Source: an uncultured Chloroflexia bacterium
Lineage (GTDB): Bacteria > Chloroflexota > Limnocylindria > QHBO01
Length of the DNA: 64,000 nt
Direction of reading: 5' to 3'
Assembly: GCA_963827475.1 (NCBI GenBank)
Contig: CAWHAZ010000005.1
Location: 160,001-224,000 of the forward strand
Each line of letters begins with the position of its first letter. Position 1 is the stretch's first letter. Below, piece after piece: positions 29,925-39,810 of this stretch. Under the pieces are notes generated by a model. It was given only the letters and a program-made list of their open reading frames with translations. It was not told where the DNA came from and made no database searches. A program made the position numbers and the translations under genes.

Positions 29925-30367
29925 AGGTCATCCTCAAACGTGACGTGAAGGGCCTCGGCCGCGAGGGCGACCTTCGCGAGGTGAAGGACGGGTACGCCCG
30001 CAACCATCTCATCCCGACCGGGGCGGCGGTCCTCGCCGACCTCGGCGCGGTCCGCAACTGGGAGCGGCATCGCGACCAGCGGGACGAGCGAGACCGGTCG
30101 GTCCGTGCCGACGCGGAGGCCACCGCCGAGCGGATCGGGAGCCTCTCCCTGCAGATCGGCGTCAAGGCCGGCGAGCGAGACCGGCTGTTCGGGTCGGTCA
30201 CGACCCGCGACATCGCCGACCGGCTGCGCCAGGAGGGCATCGAGATCGACCGCCACGACATCCACCTGCGCGAGCCGATCAAAACCGTCGGCGAGCACGA
30301 GGTCCGGGTCCATGTCCTGGCCGGGGTCGAGGCCCAGCTCAAGGTGGAGGTCGTCGCCGAGCACTGA
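29921..30367 (+). CDS. rplI: 50S ribosomal protein L9
   Basis: [46 protein letters not shown]. Confidence 0.97.
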   Translation: [148 protein letters not shown]

Positions 30368-30372
30368 CCGGT

Positions 30373-30392
30373 CGCGACAGACAGCTGTCGCG
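30373..30392 (+). terminator. Hairpin after rplI
   Basis: CGCGACAG-acag-CTGTCGCG; no U tract. Confidence 0.4.
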
Positions 30393-30525
30393 GGTCCCGG
30401 CTATCAGTGAAGGGTGTTCTCCACAGCGCGCCGACAGGTTCGAGCCGCTTATCCCCGACGCCGTTTGACATCGGTTCATAAGGCGGTATCCGCCGACAAC
30501 GCGGATGCGTACGGTCACCGAACGC

Positions 30526-31881
30526 ATGAGCATTGACCGCGTCGCCCCCCAGGCGGTCGAAGCCGAGCAGAGCGTGCTCGGCTCGATCCTCATCGACCCC
30601 GAGGCCATCCTCAAGGTCGGCGACTTCCTGCACGGATCCGATTTCTACCGGCCGCAGCACGCGGACATCTACGAGGCCATGCTCGCGCTCCACACCCAGC
30701 GCGAGCCGATCGACCTCGTCACCCTCGGCGATGAGCTGACCCGACACGACAAGCTGGAGGGCGTCGGTGGGCCGGCCTACCTGGCCACCCTGATGAACGC
30801 GGTCCCGACCGCGGTCCACGTCGAGCACTACGGGCGGATCGTCGAGCAGAAGGCCGTCCTCCGGAACCTGATCGCGGCCGCCGGGCGGATCGCGGCCGTC
30901 GGCTACGAGGAGGCCAACGACACGGCCGCGGCCATCGACCGGGCCGAGTCCATCCTGTTCGAGATCAGCCAGCGGCGCACGGTCGCCGGCTTCGAGACCC
31001 TGGCCACCCTCCTCGGCCAGGCCTACGACCGGCTGGAGTACCTCCACGAGCACCGCGGACAGATCCTCGGCATCCCGACCGGCCTGGCCGGGCTGGACAC
31101 CCTGCTCGGCGGATTCCAGCCCTCGGACCTCGTCATCCTCGCCGCGCGGCCCAGCGTGGGAAAGACGAGCCTGGCGCTCAACGTCGCGCTCCACGCCGCG
31201 GTCCACGAGCAGAAACGGGTCGCCATCTTCTCGCTCGAGATGAGCCGCGAGCAGCTCGCGCTCCGGCTCCTGTCCTCGGAGACCGGGATCAACCCGCGCC
31301 CCCTCCAGACCGGGTTCATGGAGGAGACGGACTGGTCGAAGATCGCCAAGGTGATGAACGACATGGCCACGGCCCGGATGTGGATCGACGACTCGCCCAC
31401 CTTGTCGGTGCTGGAGCTGCGGACCAAGGCTCGGCGACTGGAAGTCGAGCAGCAGGGCATCGACCTCGTGATCGTCGACTACCTCCAGCTGATGCAGGCC
31501 TCGACCCCGACCCGCGAGCCGAATCGGGTCCAGGAGGTGAGCGAGATCAGCCGTGGGCTGAAGAACCTGGCCCGCGAGCTGAAGGTCCCGGTTCTCGCCC
31601 TGTCGCAGCTGTCGCGCAACGTGGAGCAGCGGGGCAGCGCTGAGCCGCGCCTGTCGGACCTCCGCGAGTCCGGCTCGCTCGAGCAGGACGCGGACGTCGT
31701 CATCTTCCTGTACCGGGCTGAAGGGGAGCCCAACCCCGATGCCGACCTCGAACTGGTCAAGGCCAAGATCGCGAAGCACCGCAACGGCCCGATCGGGGAG
31801 GTCCCGCTTCAGTTCCGTCGGACCCAGACCCGCTTCTACTCGGTCGCGGCTCGGGAAGAGGTCGAAGTCACCCCGTATTAA
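30526..31881 (+). CDS. dnaB: Replicative DNA helicase
   Basis: PQAVEAEQSVLG, AARPSVGKT, FSLEM, VDYLQL, LSQLSR, DLRESGSLEQDAD, KHRNGP; start may be 30505. Confidence 0.97.
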   Translation: MSIDRVAPQAVEAEQSVLGSILIDPEAILKVGDFLHGSDFYRPQHADIYEAMLALHTQREPIDLVTLGDELTRHDKLEGVGGPAYLATLMNAVPTAVHVEHYGRIVEQKAVLRNLIAAAGRIAAVGYEEANDTAAAIDRAESILFEISQRRTVAGFETLATLLGQAYDRLEYLHEHRGQILGIPTGLAGLDTLLGGFQPSDLVILAARPSVGKTSLALNVALHAAVHEQKRVAIFSLEMSREQLALRLLSSETGINPRPLQTGFMEETDWSKIAKVMNDMATARMWIDDSPTLSVLELRTKARRLEVEQQGIDLVIVDYLQLMQASTPTREPNRVQEVSEISRGLKNLARELKVPVLALSQLSRNVEQRGSAEPRLSDLRESGSLEQDADVVIFLYRAEGEPNPDADLELVKAKIAKHRNGPIGEVPLQFRRTQTRFYSVAAREEVEVTPY

Positions 31882-31955
31882 GGGGGTTCCCTGCGCTCCA
31901 TCGGCGTGTCATCATCGGCCGCTGGTTACGTCCCCGAACGCTGAGGAGAGGGCCT

Positions 31956-32258
31956 GTGTTCACTGACAAAACCATCCCATGCCGTGATTGCGGGATGGAA
32001 TTTGTCTTCTCTGCTGGAGAGCAGCAGTTCTACCAGGAGAAGGGCCTGGCCCACGAGCCCCAACGGTGTCCGAGCTGCCGGGCGGTGGCCAAGCAGAACC
32101 GGGCCCTGGGCATCGGGACCGGCGGCGGGGTCCGGGAGATGCACGCCGCGGTCTGCGCCGAGTGCGGTGGGCAGGCCCTCGTGCCCTTCCTCCCACGCAA
32201 CGACCGTCCGGTCTACTGCAGCACCTGTTTCGACAAGGTCCGCGCCCGCACCTCCTGA
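31956..32258 (+). CDS. Small double zinc-ribbon (CxxC-x17-CxxC) protein
   Basis: DKTIPCRDCG.EFVFSAGEQ.FY.EKG..EPQRCPSCR and CAECG..ALVPF.P..DRPVYCSTCF; GAGGAG RBS. Confidence 0.88.
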   Translation: MFTDKTIPCRDCGMEFVFSAGEQQFYQEKGLAHEPQRCPSCRAVAKQNRALGIGTGGGVREMHAAVCAECGGQALVPFLPRNDRPVYCSTCFDKVRARTS

Positions 32259-32282
32259 GCCGACACCGACGCCCAGACCGAT

Positions 32283-32308
32283 GACCGCCGCCTGATCGGG
32301 CGGCGGTC
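32283..32308 (+). terminator. Hairpin terminator
   Basis: GACCGCCGCC-tgatcg-GGCGGCGGTC. Confidence 0.55.
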
Positions 32309-32342
32309 GACCTATACTGCGAATCCGCCCGGAGGCCTGCCA

Positions 32343-33518
32343 TTGGACCTCGCCACTCGAAGCCGGAATGACACCGAAATTGGCGGGCGCCTGCGCCGCG
32401 CCTACGGCTTCGAGGAGGTCTCGCTCGTCCCCGGAGCGGTGACGATCGACCCGGCGGAGGTCGACACCTCGGTCGACATCGGCGAGCTCCGTCTCGAGAT
32501 CCCCTTCCTGGCCGCCGCCATGGACGCGGTGAGCGACGCCGAGATGGCGGTCCGCCTCCACCGGCTCGGTGGACTGGCGGTTGTGAACCTCGAGGGGCTG
32601 TACACCCGCTTTGCCGATGCCGGACCGATCATCGAGCAGGTCGTCGCGGCCCCCGACGGCCTGGCGGCCGGGCGGATCCTGGCCGAGGCCTACGACGAGC
32701 CGATCCGCCCGGACCTGATCAGCGGCCTCATCACCCGGATCAAGTCCGCGGGCGCCGCCGCGGCCGTGGCCACCACCCCGGCCTCGGCGTGGGACCACGC
32801 CGAGCTGGCCGCGGCCGCCGGAGCGGACGTCTTCCTGGTCCAGTCCCAGGTCTCGAGCGCTCAGCACATCTCGACCTCGGGGCGGGTCCTGTCCCTGGCC
32901 GACCTCACGGGGGCGCTGCGCCTGCCGGTCCTGGTCGGCAACACGGTCAGCGGCGCCGCGGCCGCCCAGCTGATGGCCCAGGGCGCGGCGGGAATCCTGG
33001 TCGGAATCGGGCCCGGGGCGGCTTGCACCACGCGCGAGGTGCTGGGCATTGGCGTGCCGCAGGTGTCCGCCACCCTGGAGGTGGCGGCGGCCCGCGACCG
33101 GTACCTCTCCGAGACCGGCCGCTACGTCCCGGTCATCACCGACGGGGGGATGAAGACCGGAGGCGACATCGCCAAGGCGATCGCCGCCGGCGCGGACGCG
33201 GTGATGCTCGGGTCGCCGTTCGCGGCCGCATCCGAGGCGCCGGGACGCGGCGTGAACTGGGGCATGGCGGCCCCGTCACCGACGCTCCCTCGCGGGACGC
33301 GGATCCAGCTCGGGGAGCGGCTGCCGCTGGATCAGATCCTGTTCGGCCCGGCAGCCACCACCCACGGCACCCAGAACCTGGTCGGTGCCCTCCGACAGTC
33401 GATGGGCGCCCTCGGCGCGAGGACGATCCGCGACATGCACGCGGTCGAGATGGTGTTCGCCCCCGCCATCGGCACCGAGGGCAAGTCGCTTCAGCTGTCC
33501 GCCAGCGGAGACCGATGA
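32343..33518 (+). CDS. guaB: GuaB3-family IMP dehydrogenase (no CBS domains)
   Basis: RAYGFEEVSLVP, AAAMDAV, NLEGL, GIGPGAACTTR, ITDGG. Confidence 0.85.
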   Translation: MDLATRSRNDTEIGGRLRRAYGFEEVSLVPGAVTIDPAEVDTSVDIGELRLEIPFLAAAMDAVSDAEMAVRLHRLGGLAVVNLEGLYTRFADAGPIIEQVVAAPDGLAAGRILAEAYDEPIRPDLISGLITRIKSAGAAAAVATTPASAWDHAELAAAAGADVFLVQSQVSSAQHISTSGRVLSLADLTGALRLPVLVGNTVSGAAAAQLMAQGAAGILVGIGPGAACTTREVLGIGVPQVSATLEVAAARDRYLSETGRYVPVITDGGMKTGGDIAKAIAAGADAVMLGSPFAAASEAPGRGVNWGMAAPSPTLPRGTRIQLGERLPLDQILFGPAATTHGTQNLVGALRQSMGALGARTIRDMHAVEMVFAPAIGTEGKSLQLSASGDR

Positions 33519-33559
33519 CGGTCAGCCGCGCCGCCGACCGTCACGTCTAGACTGGATCG

Positions 33560-35155
33560 ATGGCGACACTCGGGCAGGCACTGGATGGAGTAGTCGAGCT
33601 CCACGACGGCCAGCCGCCCGACCTGCAGACGATCATCGTCCTCGATTTCGGCGGGCAGTACGCCCAGCTCATCGCGCGGCGGATCCGGGAGCTCAACGTG
33701 TACTCGGAGCTGCTCCCGCATGACACGCCGTGGGACGAGATCGAGCGGCGGCGGCCGGTCGGGATCATCCTCTCCGGCGGACCGGCATCGGTCTACGACG
33801 ACGACGCGCCGCAGGCGGACCCGCGCCTGTGGGAAGGGCGGTTCCCGGTCCTCGGCATCTGCTACGGCGTCCAGCTGATGGCCCACCAGCTCGGCGGCAA
33901 GGTGGCTCCCGCCGAGCAGCGCGAGTACGGCCCGGCCACCATCCGAGCCGTTGCCGACGAGCCGCTGCTGGCCGGGCTGCCGGCCACCGCCCCGGTATGG
34001 ATGAGCCACGGCGACTCGATCCTCGAGCCGCCGCCGGGGTTCCGGACGATCGCCTCGAGCGAGTCCACCCCCTTCGCGGCGATGGCCAACGACCACGGCC
34101 TGATGGGCCTCCAGTTCCACCCCGAGGTCGTCCACACCCCGAACGGTCGCGAGATCCTCGCCAACTTCGCCCTGCGCATCGCCGGCGCCCGGGGCGACTG
34201 GACACCCGGCTCGTTCATCGATTCGACGGTGGCCGCCATCCGGCAGGAGGTCGGCGACGGCCGCGTCATCTGCGCCCTGTCCGGCGGGGTGGATAGCGCG
34301 GTGGCCGCCACGCTCGTCCATCGCGCGGTCGGGGAGCGGCTGACCTGCGTCTACGTCGACACCGGCCTCATGCGCAAGCGCGAGTCCGAGCTGCTGCGGG
34401 CGACCTTCGAGCAGAACCTCGGCATGCAGCTGCGGATGGTGGATGCCCGCGACCGGTTCCTCGACCGGCTCCGAGGGGTGGCCGACCCGGAGGAGAAGCG
34501 GCGGATCATCGGCGACGAGTTCATTCGCGTCTTCGAGGAGGAAGCCGCCAGCCTGGGACCGATCGAGTTCCTCGTCCAGGGCACGCTGTACCCCGACGTC
34601 ATCGAGTCGAAGACGATGGAGTCGAAGGCCGCGGCCAAGATCAAGACCCACCACAACGTCGGCGGCCTCCCGGCTGACCTCCGCTTCCGGCTCATCGAGC
34701 CGCTGCGCTACCTGTTCAAGGACGAGGTGCGCCGGGTCGGCGCGGAGCTCGGCCTGCCGGAGGCGATGATCCAGCGCCAGCCGTTCCCCGGCCCCGGGCT
34801 CGCAATTCGGGTGATCGGCGAGGTGACCGCATCGCGCCTCGAGACATTGCGCGACGCGGACTGGATCGTCCTGGACGAGATCAAGGGCGCCGGCCTGTAC
34901 GGGGATCTGTGGCAGAGCTTCGCGATCCTGACGCCCATCGACACGGTTGGCGTGATGGGCGACGGCCGAACCTACGCCAACGTGGTCGCGATCCGGGCGG
35001 TGACCTCCGACGACGGGATGACCGCCGACTGGGCCCGCCTGCCCTACGACCTGCTGGCTCGGATCAGCGCCCGGATCGTGAACGAGGTGCCGGGCGTGAA
35101 CCGGGTCGTCTACGACGTGAGCAGCAAGCCGCCGGCCACCATCGAGTGGGAGTGA
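33560..35155 (+). CDS. guaA: GMP synthase (glutamine-hydrolysing)
   Basis: [43 protein letters not shown]. Confidence 0.98.
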   Translation: MATLGQALDGVVELHDGQPPDLQTIIVLDFGGQYAQLIARRIRELNVYSELLPHDTPWDEIERRRPVGIILSGGPASVYDDDAPQADPRLWEGRFPVLGICYGVQLMAHQLGGKVAPAEQREYGPATIRAVADEPLLAGLPATAPVWMSHGDSILEPPPGFRTIASSESTPFAAMANDHGLMGLQFHPEVVHTPNGREILANFALRIAGARGDWTPGSFIDSTVAAIRQEVGDGRVICALSGGVDSAVAATLVHRAVGERLTCVYVDTGLMRKRESELLRATFEQNLGMQLRMVDARDRFLDRLRGVADPEEKRRIIGDEFIRVFEEEAASLGPIEFLVQGTLYPDVIESKTMESKAAAKIKTHHNVGGLPADLRFRLIEPLRYLFKDEVRRVGAELGLPEAMIQRQPFPGPGLAIRVIGEVTASRLETLRDADWIVLDEIKGAGLYGDLWQSFAILTPIDTVGVMGDGRTYANVVAIRAVTSDDGMTADWARLPYDLLARISARIVNEVPGVNRVVYDVSSKPPATIEWE

Positions 35156-35182
35156 TCGATCCGCCGTAGGATGCGCGGACCG

Positions 35183-38170
35183 ATGTCCTCGTGGTTCGAC
35201 AAGCTGCTCGAGGAGATGCAGCGACGGCAGCTCGAAGCCGACCGCGCCCGCGAGGGCCGGCCGATGCCGCCGCGGCCCCGCGTCGGGCCGCCCGAGGAGC
35301 AGATTCCCGACGACGAGGACGGCGGTGGCGGGGACGAGCCACCACCGCCACGGCGCCTCCGGCCGCGACGCGGCCGCCCGGAGCGCAGCCCGGTCAACTG
35401 GGTTCGTCCCGGCCTGTTCCTGCTCGGGGCGTTCATCCTGTTCCAGGTCCTCGGTGGCCTGGTCGAGCTGTTCACCGACCTCGCCTGGTACCAGTCGCTC
35501 GGCCGCCGCGACGTCCTGCTGACCCGATTCGTCGCCCACCTCGGCTGGTTCGTGGTCGGCGCCGCGCTGTTCACCATCCCGGCCCTGCTGAGCCTGTGGG
35601 TCGCTCGTCGGCTCGGTCCGCAGGTGCCCATCCGCCGCGTCGGGCCGGTGGAGATTCCGGACCTGTCCGGTCCGGTCGGCATCATTCTGGTCGGACTGAT
35701 CGTGGTTGGCGGGCTGGTCAGCGGGCTCGCGTGGGGCGGGAACTGGCCGACGCTCCTGCTGTTCTTCAACGGCGGGGCGTTCGGGGCCACTGACGCGGCC
35801 TTCGGCCGCGACATCGGCTTCTACGTGTTCGACCTCGCGTTCTGGCGCTTCGTCCAGGGCTGGGTGGTGATTGCCCTGGCCGTGATCATCGGTCTGACGG
35901 TGGGTGCCTACGCGGTGTCCGCCACCCGCTGGCAGTTCCACCTGACCGCGCCGGTGCGGGCGCACCTCAGCCTGCTGGGCGCCGCCCTGCTGCTGACCAT
36001 CGCCGCCGGCTACCAGCTCGACTCGGCGGAGCTGGTGTACTCGACGCGGGGCGTCGGCGGCACGGTCCAGGCGGCGATGTACACCGACATGAATGCCCAG
36101 GTCCCGGCCTACACCATCCTGACCATCGTGGCGGTGGTGTCCGCCGGGCTGCTGCTGGCGAACATCTTCTTCCGGACGCTGTGGCTCATCGGCCTGGCCG
36201 CGGGCGCGTGGCTGGTCCTGTCGATCGTGGTCGGGGGCTTCTATCCCGGCGTCGTGCAGCGGTTCAGCGTGGAGCCCAACGAGCTCGAGCGAGAGCGGGG
36301 GTACCTCGAGCAGCACCTCGCCGCCACCCGGGCGGCATTCGACCTGGACGCGATCGAGGAGCGGGACTTCACCGGCGAGCAGCGACCGACGCGCGCCCTG
36401 TTCGAGGAGAACCAGGAGACGCTCGACAACCTGCGCCTGTGGGACTACCGACCGCTGCTGGTGACGTTCGGCCAGCAGCAGATCCTGCGCCAGTACTACA
36501 ACTTCCTCGACGTCGACATCGACCGCTACGTGATCGACGACGCCGAGCGCCAGATCATGCTCTCCGGCCGAGAGATCGAGATCGACCGCCTGGCCGATGC
36601 GGCGCGGACCTGGACCAACGAGCGCCTGGTGTTCACCCACGGCTACGGGATCACCGCCGTCCGCTCGAACGCGATCACGCCCGAGGGCCAGCCGGACTAC
36701 CTGATCAGCGGCATCAACCGCAACCCCGATTTGCCCCTCGGCGAGCCGCGGATCTACTTCGGCGAGGCCACCACCGACTACGTCGTGGTCCGGACCCGGA
36801 CCCCGGAGTTCGACTTCCCGCTGGGCGACGAAGGGGGGGAGACCACGGCGTGGACCGGCGAGACCGGCGTGCCGGTCGACAACGTCCTGTCCCGGCTCCT
36901 GTTCGCCATCCGCCTCGGGGACCTGAACCTGTTCATCAGCGACCAGCTGACCGGCGACTCGGCGATTCTCTTCCGGCGCGACATCCGCGACCGCGTGCCC
37001 GAGCTGGCGCCGTTCCTCGAGTACGACCGCGATCCGTACCTGGTCAACGCCGACGGCCGGCTGGTCTGGATGTGGGACGCCTACACCACCACCAACCGCT
37101 ACCCGAACGCCCAGCCACTGCCGGTCGAGACCGAGTTCCCCGGCGCGAACTACGTGCGCAACGCGGTGAAGGTGGTGGTCGATGCCTACACCGGCGACGT
37201 GCGCTTCTACGTGATCGATCCCGACGAGCCGATCATCGCGGCGTGGTCGGCGATCTTCCCCGGGCTGTTCGAGCCGATCACGGAGATGCCCGAGTCGCTG
37301 GTCGCCCACCTGCGGTACCCCGAGGACCTGTTCACCGCCCAGAACTCCGCGTACCTGCTGTACCACCTCGCCCCCAACGCGTCGGGAGCGGGCACGTTCT
37401 ACAACCAGGACGACCGGTGGGCGATCCCGACCCAGGTCTCGGACGTGTCCGGCGAGGGCGGGCCGGTGGAGCCGTACTACGTGATCATGAAGGTCCCCGG
37501 CGAGGAGCGGAGCGAGTTCGTCCTCATCCAGCCGCTGGTGGCGGCCAACCGGCCGAACATGATCGCGTGGGTCGCGGCCCGGATGGATCCCGGCGTGTAC
37601 GGCGAGCGGATCGAGTTCCGATTCCCGGTCGACACCACCACCCTCGGCCCGGCGCAGGTCCAGGCCCGCATCAACCAGGACTCGCGGATCAGCGCCCAGT
37701 TCACGCTGTGGAGCCAGGCCGGGTCCGACGTCGTCCGCGGCGACCTGCTGGTCCTGCCCATGGGCGACTCGATCCTCTACGTCGAGCCGATCTACCTCCG
37801 ATCCACGCAGTCCAGCTTCCCCGAGTTCAAGCGGGTGATCCTGGCGGACCAGACCCGGATCGCGTTTGCCGAGACGATCGAGGAGGGCCTGCGCCAGATC
37901 CTCGGGGAGTCGGAGATCCCGCCACCCGAAGGCGGCGGAGGGGGTGGTGGCGGCGAAGGCGGCGGAGGCGGCGGCGAGCTGCCGGACGACGTGACCGAGC
38001 TCGTGATCCTCGCCCAGGAGCTGTACGCGGAGGCCCAGGCGGCGCTCGCGGCCGGGGATCTCGGCGCCTACCAGGACGCCGTCGACGAGCTCGGCCGCGT
38101 CCTCGACCGGATTGCCGAGCTGACCGGGGTCAGCCCATTGCCCTCCGCCGCCCCTTCGTCCTCGCCCTAG
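35183..38170 (+). CDS. UPF0182 family membrane protein
   Basis: DAAFGRDIGFYVF, PNELERE, NLRLWDYRP, DIDRY, THGYG, PRIYFGE, NYVRNAVK, HLRYP, YVEPIY. Confidence 0.92.
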   Translation: MSSWFDKLLEEMQRRQLEADRAREGRPMPPRPRVGPPEEQIPDDEDGGGGDEPPPPRRLRPRRGRPERSPVNWVRPGLFLLGAFILFQVLGGLVELFTDLAWYQSLGRRDVLLTRFVAHLGWFVVGAALFTIPALLSLWVARRLGPQVPIRRVGPVEIPDLSGPVGIILVGLIVVGGLVSGLAWGGNWPTLLLFFNGGAFGATDAAFGRDIGFYVFDLAFWRFVQGWVVIALAVIIGLTVGAYAVSATRWQFHLTAPVRAHLSLLGAALLLTIAAGYQLDSAELVYSTRGVGGTVQAAMYTDMNAQVPAYTILTIVAVVSAGLLLANIFFRTLWLIGLAAGAWLVLSIVVGGFYPGVVQRFSVEPNELERERGYLEQHLAATRAAFDLDAIEERDFTGEQRPTRALFEENQETLDNLRLWDYRPLLVTFGQQQILRQYYNFLDVDIDRYVIDDAERQIMLSGREIEIDRLADAARTWTNERLVFTHGYGITAVRSNAITPEGQPDYLISGINRNPDLPLGEPRIYFGEATTDYVVVRTRTPEFDFPLGDEGGETTAWTGETGVPVDNVLSRLLFAIRLGDLNLFISDQLTGDSAILFRRDIRDRVPELAPFLEYDRDPYLVNADGRLVWMWDAYTTTNRYPNAQPLPVETEFPGANYVRNAVKVVVDAYTGDVRFYVIDPDEPIIAAWSAIFPGLFEPITEMPESLVAHLRYPEDLFTAQNSAYLLYHLAPNASGAGTFYNQDDRWAIPTQVSDVSGEGGPVEPYYVIMKVPGEERSEFVLIQPLVAANRPNMIAWVAARMDPGVYGERIEFRFPVDTTTLGPAQVQARINQDSRISAQFTLWSQAGSDVVRGDLLVLPMGDSILYVEPIYLRSTQSSFPEFKRVILADQTRIAFAETIEEGLRQILGESEIPPPEGGGGGGGGEGGGGGGELPDDVTELVILAQELYAEAQAALAAGDLGAYQDAVDELGRVLDRIAELTGVSPLPSAAPSSSP

Positions 38171-38184
38171 GGCTGCCCCGCGAC

Positions 38185-39051
38185 ATGGGCGGCTGGCTGT
38201 CGGGGGGCATGGCCGCGGCGCGGGTGGCGAGCGACCGTGCCGAGCTGTGGTTCCCGGGCGCGCTGGTGTCGTTCGTGGCCGCGGGCTGGCTCGTCCTGCT
38301 CCTGACCGTGGCCCCGTCCCCCGACGCGGCCGGCGCCGCGGGTCTGGGCCTGCAGCTCGCCTCCAGCCCGTGGTGGCCGTGGAACGTGGTGGTCCTCAGC
38401 GTGGCCATCGTCGCCGGCCTGGCCACGGTCCTGCTGGTCGTTGCCTTCGGCGAGGTGGCGTTGATGATGGGCCTCATGGACCCCGCGGAGCGGGAGACGC
38501 CGCCGTCCGTCCCGCGGGCCATGGCCGTGCTCACGGTTGCCGCCCTTCCGGTCCTGGCCATGGCGCTGATCCTGGGCTGGCTCGCCGCTCCGGCGGTGGT
38601 CGACGCCGTCCTCGGCTCCGACCCCGCGACGCCGGTGTCGGTCCGCCTGCTGGACGCGACCTGGCCGTACCTCCTTGCACTGGCGGCCGTCGTCGTGATC
38701 GTCCAGGCGGTGGGGGCGGCTGGTCTCCGACGACCCGGATGGCAGGGCCTGGCGGCGGCCCGAGGCCGCGGCCATCGACTCATCCCGCAGGCGGCGGTCA
38801 CGCTGGTCGCCTTCCTCGGCGCCCAGGTCCTGACCGGCGGCATGCTCGGCGTGCTGTGGCGGCCGCTCGACGACCGCCTGGCGGACGGAGGCCTCGCCCA
38901 GCCGATGACGGTGATCCTGCTGCTAGGCTTCGTGTGGATCTGGCTCGTCCTCGTCATCATCTGCGGCGTCGTACAGGCGTGGACATCGGCCTGGTGGCAG
39001 GCGGAGCTGGGTGCCGGATCCGGAGCAACGTCGATGGAGGGTGGCCCGTGA
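38185..39051 (+). CDS. Hypothetical multi-pass membrane protein
   Basis: About 6 hydrophobic segments; C-terminal part of ORF 36181..39051; GTGA overlap with the next gene. Confidence 0.65.
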   Translation: MGGWLSGGMAAARVASDRAELWFPGALVSFVAAGWLVLLLTVAPSPDAAGAAGLGLQLASSPWWPWNVVVLSVAIVAGLATVLLVVAFGEVALMMGLMDPAERETPPSVPRAMAVLTVAALPVLAMALILGWLAAPAVVDAVLGSDPATPVSVRLLDATWPYLLALAAVVVIVQAVGAAGLRRPGWQGLAAARGRGHRLIPQAAVTLVAFLGAQVLTGGMLGVLWRPLDDRLADGGLAQPMTVILLLGFVWIWLVLVIICGVVQAWTSAWWQAELGAGSGATSMEGGP

Positions 39052-39810
39052 CCGAGGTCCAGGTCTGTCGGCGATGTGGGACGGAGAACCGGCCCGGCGT
39101 GTCGTTCTGCGAGACCTGTGGTCAGCGCCTGGTGGCCGCCGACGAAGCGACCATGGCCAGACCCGCGGCGAGCGGCGAGGGCGGACCGTGCCCACGCTGC
39201 GGCGCGGTCAACCGCTCCGGCTCCGCGTTCTGCTCCGAGTGCGGCTTCAACATCCGGCCCGCGGTGGCCGCCGCCGGGGCGTCGCTCGGCGCGTCGCCTG
39301 ACGCACCTCCGTCCACGGCTCCGGCCGAGGTCGCTCGCCCGGCACGGGCGTGGCTGGGTCCCCTCGTGCTCGCCATCGCCGCGGCCGGGATGGCCACCGC
39401 GTGGTTGCTGCCCTTCGCCATCGGCGGCGGCTCGCTGGCCGAGCAGGCGCTTGGCCCGGATGGATATGGGCTCGCGTTCTGGACCGCCTACCCGGAGGAC
39501 GGCGGGCTGCTGGAGGCCGCCTATTTCGGCGTCGCCGCCCCGCTGCCGATCCTCGTCGGCCTGATGCTGCTTCTCGCCGCCGTGGGCGTCCTGCGCGCCG
39601 TGCCCGGTCGCGTCCAGCGGATCGGGCTCGGGGTCGTCCTCGGCGTGGTGCGCGGCCTTCGCCATCCTGTTCCTGGTGTTCGAGATCGGGTCGGCGCTCG
39701 GAGGTGATCTCATCGGCCTCCTCCGCAGCCTGTCGCCGGCCGGCCTCATCGGATCCCTGTCGGCCGTGATCGGTGCGATCGGCAGCGTTACCCGGCTGGC
39801 CGGGGGCTGA
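39048..39810 (+). CDS. Double zinc-ribbon membrane protein (frameshift near 39645)
   Basis: CRRCG..CETCG and CPRCG..CSECG, then TM helices; continues in another frame to TGA at 39810. Confidence 0.7.

Noticed and set aside
33491-37366. 1291-aa minus-strand ORF
   Set aside because: Antisense shadow of guaA and UPF0182
36181-38184. Arg/Pro-rich N-terminal extension of ORF 36181..39051
   Set aside because: Off-frame overlap with UPF0182; the real gene most likely starts at 38185
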